A stretch of 63,918 bases of DNA, filler included, from Thraustochytrium aureum (lineage: Eukaryota), in assembly GCA_012862495.1 (NCBI GenBank). It is 7 parts of 4 records of this genome, joined end to end, with 100 filler letters (N's around TTAATTAATTAA, not from the genome) between each part and the next. Parts side by side here need not be neighbours in the genome. Positions count along the whole stretch, not along the records: positions 17,447 to 32,895 come from BLSG01000335.1; positions 32,996 to 44,475 come from BLSG01000337.1; 5 more parts are not named here. The stretch is one strand, 5' to 3'. Below the pieces are notes generated by a model. That model saw only the letters and a list, made by a program, of their open reading frames with translations, searched no databases and had not been told where the DNA came from. Of the stretch, positions 23,626 to 34,407 are shown in pieces. Numbering within the stretch: the stretch's first letter is position 1; each line of letters starts with the position of its first letter. Made by a program: the position numbers and the translations under genes.

Positions 23626-25044
23626 ACGGTGGTCGTGTCCGTGTTGATTGGCGTTTTGGAGATTGTCCTGATCATCTTCGCGATGATTCTCGTGTGTCGC
23701 AACCCATCCATACAGCAGCTGTGGTTTGCCCCGATGACGTGTCTTCTGTCATTAATATATGTGCTTGGCGTGGGGTTGCCGAGCGCCTTCCTGGGCGACG
23801 TCTCGTCTGCGCAAGCCGGGTTCATCGAAGTCCTGTTCGTCCTTGAGGCCTGCTTGCCAACACTGCTGGCCGTGCAAACTTTCGAGCTGACTTCGTTGGT
23901 CCACCGCAACCGAGGCGTCAATTTTTGTTGCTGTGTCAAGTACGAGGAGTATGGCCCGGTTAGGGCGCGGCGGAGGCTCTTTGCTGCGCGCACGGCGCTG
24001 TACTCGGTCTTGGGCTCGGTCTTCCTGATCTCGATCACCGTCAATGCCATCTACGTGCGCGATGTGAACACGGAGGAGTTTCTTGAGCAAAACAACGTCA
24101 CCATTTGCTTGCGCGGCGTTTTCTCTGCCTTTCTGGACGACAGGGTCTTGGTCCCCCTCCCGAGCAGCGCAGAGGTCCCTGTGCAGCTCAAGGCATTTGC
24201 AAGCATCGCGCTGACGTCTCTGTTGGTAGCCCTTGGCTTTTACTTCGGTTTGCTCATGTGGCGGTATGGGACCTATTACAGCTTTCGGGTGTACCCGACG
24301 TACATCAACCCATGGGTTTCGCTCTCGCTCTTCTCGACGCTGCTTTTCGTCAGCATGTTTGTGAGCGCCGACGGCGTCCTGCAGGCGGTTGCTTATGGTA
24401 TCCTGACCGCCTCGCTAGTGTACATTGGCAAGCTCTGTGTGGAAGAGTCCAAGGCCCACGATGACCTGGCGATCTTCCTCGCAAGAAAGCGCACGCCGTC
24501 GGATGCCGCAATCCTCGATACGAGCAACCTGGAGAGCCACGGCCGCGGCAAGGGCAATGGGGCCTTTGCTATTGCGATCGGCAGCGACGACTCTGCTTTG
24601 CAGAGCGACGACACCGACGCGTCGGTCGGCATCGGCAGCAGTGCTGCCACGCGGGCTGGCGGCGGCGGGAGCAAGCCGTGGACCGTCGAGGCACGGGCCA
24701 AGCCAGGAGGCGGAGGAAACCGGCTTGCCAAGGTCTCGAACGAGGACGGCCGTGCCTTTGCCGGAAACGGCCACCATAATATTAGGGGCGTCCAATCAGC
24801 TCCAGGCGGGGTGCTTGCCGCGCGCTTTGAATCTGGCGAAAGCAGCACGAGTGGCGTCGCAACGCTTGCGCAGCCGGCCGCGAACTTTCTTGCAAGTCAC
24901 CATGGGGCCCAGGCTCGTGCTGTGGGCTCGATGGATGATCGTCGGCCTGCTGCATATTCAGAAGAAGCGAAAGAGTCAAGTGCGTCGCCCCCACCGCCTT
25001 CGGCGGGAATGTCCTCCTCGACGGTGGACATCGAACTCACATGA
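23626..25044 (+). CDS. Seven-TM membrane protein of unknown function, 5'-truncated by a gap
   Basis: Seven hydrophobic segments followed by a ~185-aa low-complexity G/A/S-rich tail; stop at 25044. Confidence 0.75.
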   Translation, partial: TVVVSVLIGVLEIVLIIFAMILVCRNPSIQQLWFAPMTCLLSLIYVLGVGLPSAFLGDVSSAQAGFIEVLFVLEACLPTLLAVQTFELTSLVHRNRGVNFCCCVKYEEYGPVRARRRLFAARTALYSVLGSVFLISITVNAIYVRDVNTEEFLEQNNVTICLRGVFSAFLDDRVLVPLPSSAEVPVQLKAFASIALTSLLVALGFYFGLLMWRYGTYYSFRVYPTYINPWVSLSLFSTLLFVSMFVSADGVLQAVAYGILTASLVYIGKLCVEESKAHDDLAIFLARKRTPSDAAILDTSNLESHGRGKGNGAFAIAIGSDDSALQSDDTDASVGIGSSAATRAGGGGSKPWTVEARAKPGGGGNRLAKVSNEDGRAFAGNGHHNIRGVQSAPGGVLAARFESGESSTSGVATLAQPAANFLASHHGAQARAVGSMDDRRPAAYSEEAKESSASPPPPSAGMSSSTVDIELT

Positions 25045-25265
25045 CTGATAGAAACCAATTGTTGTAACAAATGCTCATGGGCTTGCTTGTGCAGGTTTCG
25101 TGCGCTTTTTCTGCAGGCGAGCCCGCTCTGGGGCAGGTCAGCGTGCTCGTTTTCGCGCTGCGCGGCAACTGGGGCTCATCCGAAAGGAACGGGCTCGCTG
25201 TTTCGGCGCGCAAACGGGTGAAGAGTTGTTTTCTCTAAAGCTCTTTAGCTCTAGCTAGCTAGCTC

Positions 25266-25463
25266 CTAGAGCCACTTGAACGTTTTGTGCTCGTTCTTCC
25301 ACTTCGGGGCGACGGGCGGCACCGTCTCGGGCGGAGCGGGCTTGGTGCTCCACGGCGGGGCCACCTCGGTGAACGGCATCACGTGCACGAACGTGCGCCG
25401 CCGCCCGCGAATGTTGAGAGAGGTGAAGAGCACCTTGCCGGGCCGTTTGGCATAGACGGTAAA
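25266..25463 (-). CDS. MRPL27: C-terminal part of a mitochondrial-type ribosomal protein bL27; 5' part in gap
   Basis: Manual translation FTVYAKRPGKVLFTSLNIRGRRRTFVHVMPFTEVAPPWSTKPAPPETVPPVAPKWKNEHKTFKWL* resembles the bL27 C-terminal DxTLxAxxxGxVxF...RxxVxV motif. Not in the ORF track. Confidence 0.7.
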   Translation of the reverse strand, partial: FTVYAKRPGKVLFTSLNIRGRRRTFVHVMPFTEVAPPWSTKPAPPETVPPVAPKWKNEHKTFKWL

Positions 25464-26424
25464 GTNNNNNNNNNNNNNNNNNNNNNNNNNNNNNNNNNNN
25501 NNNNNNNNNNNNNNNNNNNNNNNNNNNNNNNNNNNNNNNNNNNNNNNNNNNNNNNNNNNNNNNNNNNNNNNNNNNNNNNNNNNNNNNNNNNNNNNNNNNN
25601 NNNNNNNNNNNNNNNNNNNNNNNNNNNNNNNNNNNNNNNNNNNNNNNNNNNNNNNNNNNNNNNNNNNNNNNNNNNNNNNNNNNNNNNNNNNNNNNNNNNN
25701 NNNNNNNNNNNNNNNNNNNNNNNNNNNNNNNNNNNNNNNNNNNNNNNNNNNNNNNNNNNNNNNNNNNNNNNNNNNNNNNNNNNNNNNNNNNNNNNNNNNN
25801 NNNNNNNNNNNNNNNNNNNNNNNNNNNNNNNNNNNNNNNNNNNNNNNNNNNNNNNNNNNNNNNNNNNNNNNNNNNNNNNNNNNNNNNNNNNNNNNNNNNN
25901 NNNNNNNNNNNNNNNNNNNNNNNNNNNNNNNNNNNNNNNNNNNNNNNNNNNNNNNNNNNNNNNNNNNNNNNNNNNNNNNNNNNNNNNNNNNNNNNNNNNN
26001 NNNNNNNNNNNNNNNNNNNNNNNNNNNNNNNNNNNNNNNNNNNNNNNNNNNNNNNNNNNNNNNNNNNNNNNNNNNNNNNNNNNNNNNNNNNNNNNNNNNN
26101 NNNNNNNNNNNNNNNNNNNNNNNNNNNNNNNNNNNNNNNNNNNNNNNNNNNNNNNNNNNNNNNNNNNNNNNNNNNNNNNNNNNNNNNNNNNNNNNNNNNN
26201 NNNNNNNNNNNNNNNNNNNNNNNNNNNNNNNNNNNNNNNNNNNNNNNNNNNNNNNNNNNNNNNNNNNNNNNNNNNNNNNNNNNNNNNNNNNNNNNNNNNN
26301 NNNNNNNNNNNNNNNNNNNNNNNNNNNNNNNNNNNNNNNNNNNNNNNNNNNNNNNNNNNNNNNNNNNNNGAACTCGAGTTTGATTGATTGATTGATCTCG
26401 AGCTTGATTGAACATGTGAGCCAC

Positions 26425-26575
26425 CGCCCCGCATTCGAATGTCATGCGTCCACATACGAACGTCATGCGTCCAACTCGCTCGCCCCGCATTCGAATGTCA
26501 TGCGTCCAACTCGCTCGCCCCGCATTCGAACGTCATGCGTCCACATTCGAATGTCATGCGTCCAACTCGCTCGCC
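26425..26575. repeat. Composite minisatellite: five copies of a 21-mer (catWcgaaYgtcatgcgtcca) interleaved with a 14-mer (actcgctcgccccg)
   Basis: 21-mers at 26432, 26453, 26488, 26523 and 26544; 14-mers at 26474 and 26509, partial at 26565. Confidence 0.9.
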
Positions 26576-27044
26576 GCTCTCCGTCCCCGACGCCCGTTGA
26601 GCCCCCGGTGCCCGTCGAGCCCCGGCGTGGTCGCGGGAACGACCTACTCACGACGCACCTGCTGCGAGGCGGGGTTGGGAACTCTCTCGGATGCCGGCCC
26701 CGCAACGCAACCCATGATTGTGATCTTGGAAAAAGTACGCGGTAGCGCCAAGGAGGCGGACGAGGCGGTCGAGCGTACATTGCAAAATTCGAGCTCCTCC
26801 GCCAGACATCGGACCGCCTGGACGCCGTCGGCACCGAGCGCCGGAGCGACGTGGACATACAAGTGCCTTGATCGACGAGTTTCTCACGCACTCCAACTCC
26901 CACTGGGACACAGCGAATGGGCGGCTAGGTTGCGCAATTGGCTGGTGAGCCAAGCACCACAGTGCAGGCGAGAGCGGCTGATGATGGGGGAGCTGCAAAA
27001 TGTATTGTTATGGGTCACAGTTCGTCGGGGACCAATTGGGCGCT

Positions 27045-29512
27045 TTACACGGCAAAGTCGACAACCTCCTCCAGTGCGCGGCGAACGATGTGCGGCATAT
27101 GATCGCGCACCCCAGAGGCGCTTACAGTAAAGTACGCCAGGTCCTCGCGGCGCTCGATCCAAAAGGGCTCGTAGCTGCGGTGCACGCGCGCGGGCCCTAC
27201 GCCGCAGCAACGCGGGCTTGAAATAGTCTGCACCTTGGCGAGCTGCAAAATGCGGCCCGGGCAGTACATAGGCATGTAGGAAACGCGCTGCGCCTCGGGG
27301 CTCGCTTCGAGGGCCTTGACTTCGGCGATCATGGCCTCGACGCGGCGCACGCCAGGCGTGTCCGGGACCTCGTCGGCGGCGTAGAGCAGTTCGTCCGCTG
27401 GGGTCCCCTTGTAGGCGCTGCGAAGCGCGACATTCTTGTTGACCTTGCAGCGGCGCAGCACGTCGAGCAGCTCGGCGCGCAGGGTTCGAAGCGACTGCCA
27501 GTTGGCGCGCGGTACGATGTCCTTGCCAACAAAGACGGTGGTGAAGTAGTCGCTGACCTGCTCGGCGAGGTCCTTGGAGAAGATGCAGCCTGGCGTGGAG
27601 ACGCCAAAGCCGCGCACCTCGGGGAACTCGGACTTTAGCAAAAGGGACTCGATACTGGCAATGCCCGCCCCCAGCGACTCGCCCACGACAACCAAACCGT
27701 AGCCAGTGCAGTCAGGAAGCTTGCTGTCGTCCACCTTGGTAACAGATGCGCGCTCCAGCTCGTTGAGCGAGGCAGCCTCGGAGGCCGACTCGCTCGAGGC
27801 GCCGCGCTGCGCTCGGCGAAAGAGGCGGTGGAGGGTGCCGTTCTCCTGCAGCGCAGTGCGCACCNNNNNNNNNNNNNNNNNNNNNNNNNNNNNNNNNNNN
27901 NNNNNNNNNNNNNNNNNNNNNNNNNNNNNNNNNNNNNNNNNNNNNNNNNNNNNNNNNNNNNNNNNNNNNNNNNNNNNNNNNNNNNNNNNNNNNNNNNNNN
28001 NNNNNNNNNNNNNNNNNNNNNNNNNNNNNNNNNNNNNNNNNNNNNNNNNNNNNNNNNNNNNNNNNNNNNNNNNNNNNNNNNNNNNNNNNNNNNNNNNNNN
28101 NNNNNNAGTGTTTGCTGCCGTCGAAACCCCACTGCAACCCCGTGTGGTGCAGGTTTTCAGGTTGAATGCTGGCGTCCGTGAGAAAATCTGCCAGCGCCAG
28201 GCTGCCGCGGAAGCTCAGCACTACGCGCTTGGCCTTGTGGTCGACTGCGATCGCGAACGCGACCAGCTCGTTCGCGTACGAGGCAAAGTGCGAGTAGACG
28301 AGATCTTCGCTGTTGAGGTCTGCCATGGCCACAAAGGCGGTGTGGCTCCATGCGCAGCAGTTGTCGCCGGCGTGCATGTCGCGGTTTCGGTTGCGGTGCC
28401 TGGCGTGGCGCCAAGCGTTGCGCACCAAGTCTGCTGCGCCGCCGAGAGGTCGATTGTCGAGCAGCGCCTTGAGCATGTGGAGCTTCCAGCTGTTGATTGC
28501 CTCGCTGTACTTGAGCACGTCGTGCAGCTCGCAAATGGTGCGCATCATCGCGTTGTCCGTGGCGTTTCGGGTCGAGCTCGGGAACCGCTCAAACTTTGGC
28601 TTGATGCGGATTTTGCTCGACACCTTTTCATGCTGGCGCAACGCACGCACGTCGTCCAACTGCGGGCTGCCGGCCCCGTCAAAGTCCCCATCGATGCGCA
28701 GGTGGAGCAGCTCTGCCTCTTTGGCGCGGCGCGTGCGAGCTTGGTCGGCCTTGAGGAGGAAGAGGGCCGCGAGGAGCTCGGTTGGCGTAATCTTGAGGCC
28801 CGCGAAAAAGGTCGCGAACACGTCGCCGACCTGCGAGTAGGCAAACTCTGTCTCTTGCCCCTTGTTGACGTGGTAGCCATACAGCCCGCACGTGACGCAG
28901 CGCAGCACGTCGCACCAGCGGCGGCAACGCGTTTGCCACTCAGCGATTTGAGCTCAAACTCGTCAAGGCGCAGCCGCGTGTCGCGGACCTTGTTGCGGTT
29001 CAGAAACACGTACCAAGCGCACAGGAAGAGCACGATGTCGAGCCAGACGATGACCACGGCGGCGATCGAGAACCGCCGGAATGGCCGCAAGTCGTCCACG
29101 CAGTCGGGGTCGGAAGCAAAATCCTCCGCGCTCGGCCAGATCGCCGCCAGGACGGTCCCGTATACGTTGAGGCCGGCCTCGAGCAGGTACAGCACAATGA
29201 TAAAGTAGATGATGGGCACCATGCAGCCGCGCTTTTCGGGTTCCAGGAGCTTGCCGCGGTTGGCCACCGCAAACATGGCCAGGAAGCCGAGCGAGCTGAG
29301 CCCCGCTACGCCAAGCAGGCCGCTTAGGTAGCACTGCAAGTGCAGAGCGAGGCTCGCGTCGCACGAGGCAGGTCGCTGTCGAACGCGAAAAACCGCAAGT
29401 ATCGCGTTCGCGACAAGCCACACGACTCGCAGCATCAGGGTCGCAGCTGCGGGGATCGCGAGGTCGTCCGCGGCAACCGCGAGCCGCAGCCCGCAGATTC
29501 TCACGCGTACAT
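27045..29512 (-). CDS. sn1-diacylglycerol lipase (DAGLA/B-like, lipase class 3 with 4 N-terminal TMs), copy 1
   Basis: N-terminus (MYAx)RICGLRLAVAADDLAIP resembles the DAGL start; 4 TMs; GDNCC; VVLSFRGSLALADFLTD; nucleophile GESLGAG; DIVPR; RDHMPH. Apparent 1-nt deletions near 29505 and 28948; gap 27865-28107. Confidence 0.85.
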
Positions 29513-31111
29513 CGCGCCCCGCGAAAATGTCGCCGATGCTCAGGTCCTTCCAACCAACCTTCGGGTGCCGGTCACTGATCAGGGACTGTTGCAGTCATTA
29601 GCGATTGGCGAAGTACTGTACCCACCCTAAGGTATAGAGTACTGTCGCGGCTGACAGAGCTGTGGAGGAGCGGACAATGGTGGCTCGCTGCAGCCCTGAT
29701 TGATTGATGAGCGCATCTGCGACCACAATCACATGATCATGCGACCTCCTCGTTCGAACTCACGTTCCGCCAGTACCCAGGACCCGCCAGTCCGCCTTTG
29801 GCCTGCCCAGCAGGGCCGTGTCGCTCAGTCCCGCAATCCGTGGACGCGCCACGTGCCACAGTGTGCGGACGACCATGATGACCTCGAAGTCGGATCCTCC
29901 TCGGCTGCGCCATCATCGCAGATCGAAGTGGATCGATCGCCATTCGGGCCTGAGCTCACTGGCAGGTGATGCACGCTTGGCTGCCTGCAGGCAAGTTGAG
30001 ACGCGGAGATGATCCTCGCCGCTGCGTTGCCTTTTGGTGAATCTGTCTCTGGCTGGCGCGTGTCGACGGGATCTGGACCCGACCAGACCGGTGAAATGCC
30101 GGGCAAGATAAGGAGCGGATTGCGCACTAACGCGCCACTCGAGCGGGTTCACGTGATTGCCGGGGGGGAGGAAACCGGACCCGCCGCTCTGACGTCTGCA
30201 GTGTACCTACTCTACTCGAGTACCTTGACGGCGACGGCTACTGTACTCTTGCGCACAGGCGCTCCAAGATGCTGCTGCGCGCCGTTTGCCAGTTCACCGC
30301 ACATGACAGGTCGGCTCTGATCAGGTCAGCGACCGTCAGCCGGTCAAAGGCGAACCACGCCGCTGGCTGGCTTTCAGCGGTGCGTCACTCGCAATGGCCC
30401 GCTCGTGCCAGCGTCCAAGCGCCGCAGCTGGAGGGCCGATAACGCCACCCACCATTGTGACTTGGTCGGCCTCGAGAGCCTGTCTGCCAGATGATGTCTG
30501 TCTGCGCATGGCGCGTTGGCTGTGTGCCTCACGCTGGCGGCGCGCTGGCTTTGCTTTCGCACGGGCCACGACAACGTCGAACCGTCCGTTCGCGCAAGGA
30601 GGAGTGGCATACCCATCTTTGCCAGCCGGCACACACCTGCATGAGGGCTGCTGGCCGGCCAAGTCGTCAAGTGGTCCTACAACAGCCAAGCTGCAGCGAT
30701 CGATCACACGCGCGGCTCGATGGCGGGCGCATAACAGCGGGTTGGCCTGAGTACAACCTATACTTGCTCTCAGACTTGCACTGGTGGTGCTCCTGCCTGC
30801 CAGAGGGCGGATTCCTCGCGTCTCTCTGTCGCCGTGCTCGTGTCTTGAGCGCCTAGAGCTCCGCTCTTTCGTGCGTTGCTCTCAGAGTCCACGGCAGCCC
30901 TCCTCCCCAGAGCTGCGCCCTTTGGCGCGAGGAGGAGGCCAAGGAGTCCCACCAGAGCAAGCAATGGCAAGGTGCGGCGGCGGCACGAGGCGGTGCGAGC
31001 ACACATTGCAAAACGACGAGCAAGGTGGGGTGAACAGACACCGGAGCTGGAGCAGACAGATTGCTAACGTGGCAGACCGCGAATAAAGAAAGGCCTGTGC
31101 AGGGCCCCGGA

Positions 31112-31136
31112 GGCAGGCAGGCAGGCAGGCAGGCAG
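31112..31136. repeat. (GGCA)n microsatellite running into a gap
   Basis: ggcaggcaggcaggcaggcaggcag immediately before the Ns. Confidence 0.85.
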
Positions 31137-31550
31137 NNNNNNNNNNNNNNNNNNNNNNNNNNNNNNNNNNNNNNNNNNNNNNNNNNNNNNNNNNNNNNNN
31201 NNNNNNNNNNNNNNNNNNNNNNNNNNNNNNNNNNNNNNNNNNNNNNNNNNNNNNNNNNNNNNNNNNNNNNNNNNNNNNNNNNNNNNNNNNNNNNNNNNNN
31301 NNNNNNNNNNNNNNNNNNNNNNNNNNNNNNNNNNNNNNNNNNNNNNNNNNNNNNNNNNNNNNNNNNNNNNNNNNNNNNNNNNNNNNNNNNNNNNNNNNNN
31401 NNNNNNNNNNNNNNNNNNNNNNNNNNNNNNNNNNNNNNNNNNNNNNNNNNNNNNNNNNNNNNNNNNNNNNNNNNNNNNNNNNNNNNNNNNNNNNNNNNNN
31501 NNNNNNNNNNNNNNNNNNNNNNNNNNNNNNNNNNNNNNNNNNNNNNNNNG

Positions 31551-32895
31551 TACGTGTCCACCCGCGGCACGCCGGCGGACGAGGACAAGCGCGCTGCCAT
31601 GCCCACCGTGGTGGTGCTGACGACGATCATGTATGTCGCCGAGGCAGGCCTGGCTGGAACCCTGACCTATCTGGCAGCGACGTGGCCCGCCATCGAGGGC
31701 GCTTGCGAGGAGACGCTCTTGACGAAATTAATCATCCTGATCGTGGCCGTCATTGGGATGTGGTGCGACGTGCTCGCCTTCTGCTTTGCCTCGTACATCT
31801 TTCTGCACAGGTACAGCGCCAAACGCGCGGACGCAATGCACTTGGACGACTTTGACCGGCGCACGCTCGAGTGGGAGGGCTGCTTCCGCGTCTGGTGCCG
31901 CATCTTCCGCGTGCTGTCATGCAACCTGTTTGGATTCGTCGGCTCGGGCGAGGAGTCGGACGAGGTCTACCTGTCCGTCGCGGAGGTTTTCAACACGTGG
32001 TTCAACAACACCGACCTGACGCTTACCGATCTCCTCGCGGCAGCCGTGCTGGTCCGCCTGCAGCAAAAGGAGGGGCGCCGCGCTGCGTCGCGGTACTCGC
32101 GCCACGACGGCAAGGAGTCGAAGCTCTACAAGGGCAAGCGCGCCGAGAAGAAGCAGTTCAACGTCCTGTCCACCTCGGTTCGCGCAATCAAGGTCGACCC
32201 CGAGGACGGGACCGAAGAGGGGGACCTGGAGGTGGGCGGCGCCCCGCTCGGCAACGCCGAGGCCTACAAGCTGCTCAAAGAGCACTACGACTACCTGCCT
32301 TTCGTGTTGGGCATGTACGGCTGGAAGCTCATGCTGTACAGCCACACGATCACGCTGCGCCCCTTCACCGGCCTGCGCAAAGTTCTGCGCATGCCCAACG
32401 CCAACGTGGACGTCGGCCACGGGGACAACTGCTGCAACTGCAGCAAGGCAGCCCTGCTGCGCGAGACGGGCCTCGACCCCGACCAGGTCATCTACGGCAA
32501 CTTTGGGAGCGTGGCCCAGGACGAGCGCAAGTCGATCCAGGTCCCCCATGCAGTCTTTGCCGACCACGAGCGCCGCGCCGTGGTTGTCGCCATGCGCGGC
32601 ACGCTCTCTCTGCAGGATCTAATGACGGACGCCATGATCGAGCCTGCCTCGCTCGTCGAGGCTGGCCGCACGTGGGGCTTTGACGGCACCGGCCACTACG
32701 CGCACGCTGGGATGCTCAAGATGGCGCTGCGCATCCGCCGCATTCTCGAGAAGAACAAGGTCCTCCACCTCATGCTCGGCGTCGAGCCCCTCAAGTTTCA
32801 GTACCTGGACAACATCGAGACAGACGGCCACGAGGCCATCAACGTGGACCCCCCAAAGATCCCCTGACTGCAAGGGTTACGACCTCGTCATCACA
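31551..32895 (+). CDS. Diacylglycerol lipase (DAGL-like) copy 2, 5' end in gap, 3' end cut by scaffold join
   Basis: TM3-4; DLTLTDLLAAAVLVR; GDNCCNC; VVVAMRGTLSLQDLMTDA; HYAHAGML. Removing one C at 32861-32864 gives IPDCKGYDLVIT, which aligns with LPDCTGYGLVVV of copy 1. Confidence 0.85.
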
Positions 32896-32995
32896 NNNNN
32901 NNNNNNNNNNNNNNNNNNNNNNNNNNNNNNNNNNNNNNNTTAATTAATTAANNNNNNNNNNNNNNNNNNNNNNNNNNNNNNNNNNNNNNNNNNNN
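32896..32995. other. Artificial scaffold linker
   Basis: TTAATTAATTAA at 32940-32951 flanked by 44 N on each side. Confidence 0.95.
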
Positions 32996-34407
32996 TGAGC
33001 TTGCACTCACGCACAGCTCGGCCTTGTCGGGTAAGATGAGAGGGCCGAGCTGAGCACGTCACGTTCCTCGAAAGTGGGCTGATGGCACAACGAAAAGCTG
33101 CAAAAGAGTGCAAAAGGGTGCACCACCCCCACCTGCTTGCACTCGTCAAGGAGGGAAGGATCGCCGGAGCGCAGGCCACGGTGGCGCTCTCGCGCGCGCG
33201 CAGAGGGCCGGGCCAACGATTTAGGGGGGGAGATCTATCTAAGGACATGCCGCACCGCCGTACTTACTCCTGCGCTGGCTGGGGCAAAGCCTGGTGCACC
33301 TGCGCTGAGCGAGCGCGAGCGGCTGAGCGAGTGCTACTCGAGCGAGTGCTATTCGTGTCGTGTGTTCTGGCTGCCCTGCTAGCTCCAGCTAGTGCGACCT
33401 CCTTGGTGCGAGAGCGGGCTGCAGCTTCAGCTTTCTTTCCCTCGAGAGAGTGTTCTGTTCTCGACCAACTCCCCTCCCCCTCTCGATGCGTTGCCGACGC
33501 CAGGGGGCCTTTGGCCGACGGGAGAGCGAGGCGCGGCGCGCGTGCGTGGAGGACTCGAAGGTTTTCGCGGTTTGGCCCCCTCTTTCGACCTCTTCTAACT
33601 GGACCAATCCACTGAGGCGAGCTTGCTTGCGCTGGCCAGGACTCAGGACTCGGGCGATGCGAGCTCTCCAGAGGCACCTACGGCCCACAACAGCGGCGCA
33701 AGCCGCGCGCAGCAGGCTGAGGCTGGCGGCTTGCTGGCGGCTCTCCTGGCAGGGCCGNNNNNNNNNNNNNNNNNNNNNNNNNNNNNNNNNNNNNNNNNNN
33801 NNNNNNNNNNNNNNNNNNNNNNNNNNNNNNNNNNNNNNNNNNNNNNNNNNNNNNNNNNNNNNNNNNNNNNNNNNNNNNNNNNNNNNNNNNNNNNNNNNNN
33901 NNNNNNNNNNNNNNNNNNNNNNNNNNNNNNNNNNNNNNNNNNNNNNNNNNNNNNNNNNNNNNNNNNNNNNNNNNNNNNNNNNNNNNNNNNNNNNNNNNNN
34001 NNNNNNNNNNNNNNNNNNNNNNNNNNNNNNNNNNNNNNNNNNNNNNNNNNNNNNNNNNNNNNNNNNNNNNNNNNNNNNNNNNNNNNNNNNNNNNNNNNNN
34101 NNNNNNNNNNNNNNNNNNNNNNNNNNNNNNNNNNNNNNNNNNNNNNNNNNNNNNNNNNNNNNNNNNNNNNNNNNNNNNNNNNNNNNNNNNNNNNNNNNNN
34201 NNNNNNNNNNNNNNNNNNNNNNNNNNNNNNNNNNNNNNNNNNNNNNNNNNNNNNNNNNNNNNNNNNNNNNNNNNNNNNNNNNNNNNNNNNNNNNNNNNNN
34301 NNNNNNNNNNNNNNNNNNNNNNNNNNNNNNNNNNNNNNNNNNNNNNNNNNNNNNNNNNNNNNNNNNNNNNNNNNNNNNNNNNNNNNNNNNNNNNNNNNNN
34401 NNNNNGG

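Noticed and set aside
19890..24050. Very long ORF-track entries running through N-gaps (e.g. 1386 aa, 984 aa, 861 aa)
   Set aside because: They are artefacts of translating Ns, and they join unrelated frames or genes.
26432..26575. CRISPR-like array
   Set aside because: The intervening sequences are identical or absent rather than unique spacers, there are no cas genes, and the context is eukaryotic.
29553..31110. Short ORFs between the DAG-lipase genes
   Set aside because: No motifs or coding-like codon bias; treated as divergent promoter or UTR sequence. A small first exon of copy 2 cannot be excluded.
13270..32865. Insertion/deletion RNA editing as an explanation for the frameshifts
   Set aside because: The indels involve all four bases in both directions and concentrate in homopolymers of a gappy draft, so sequencing error is far simpler.
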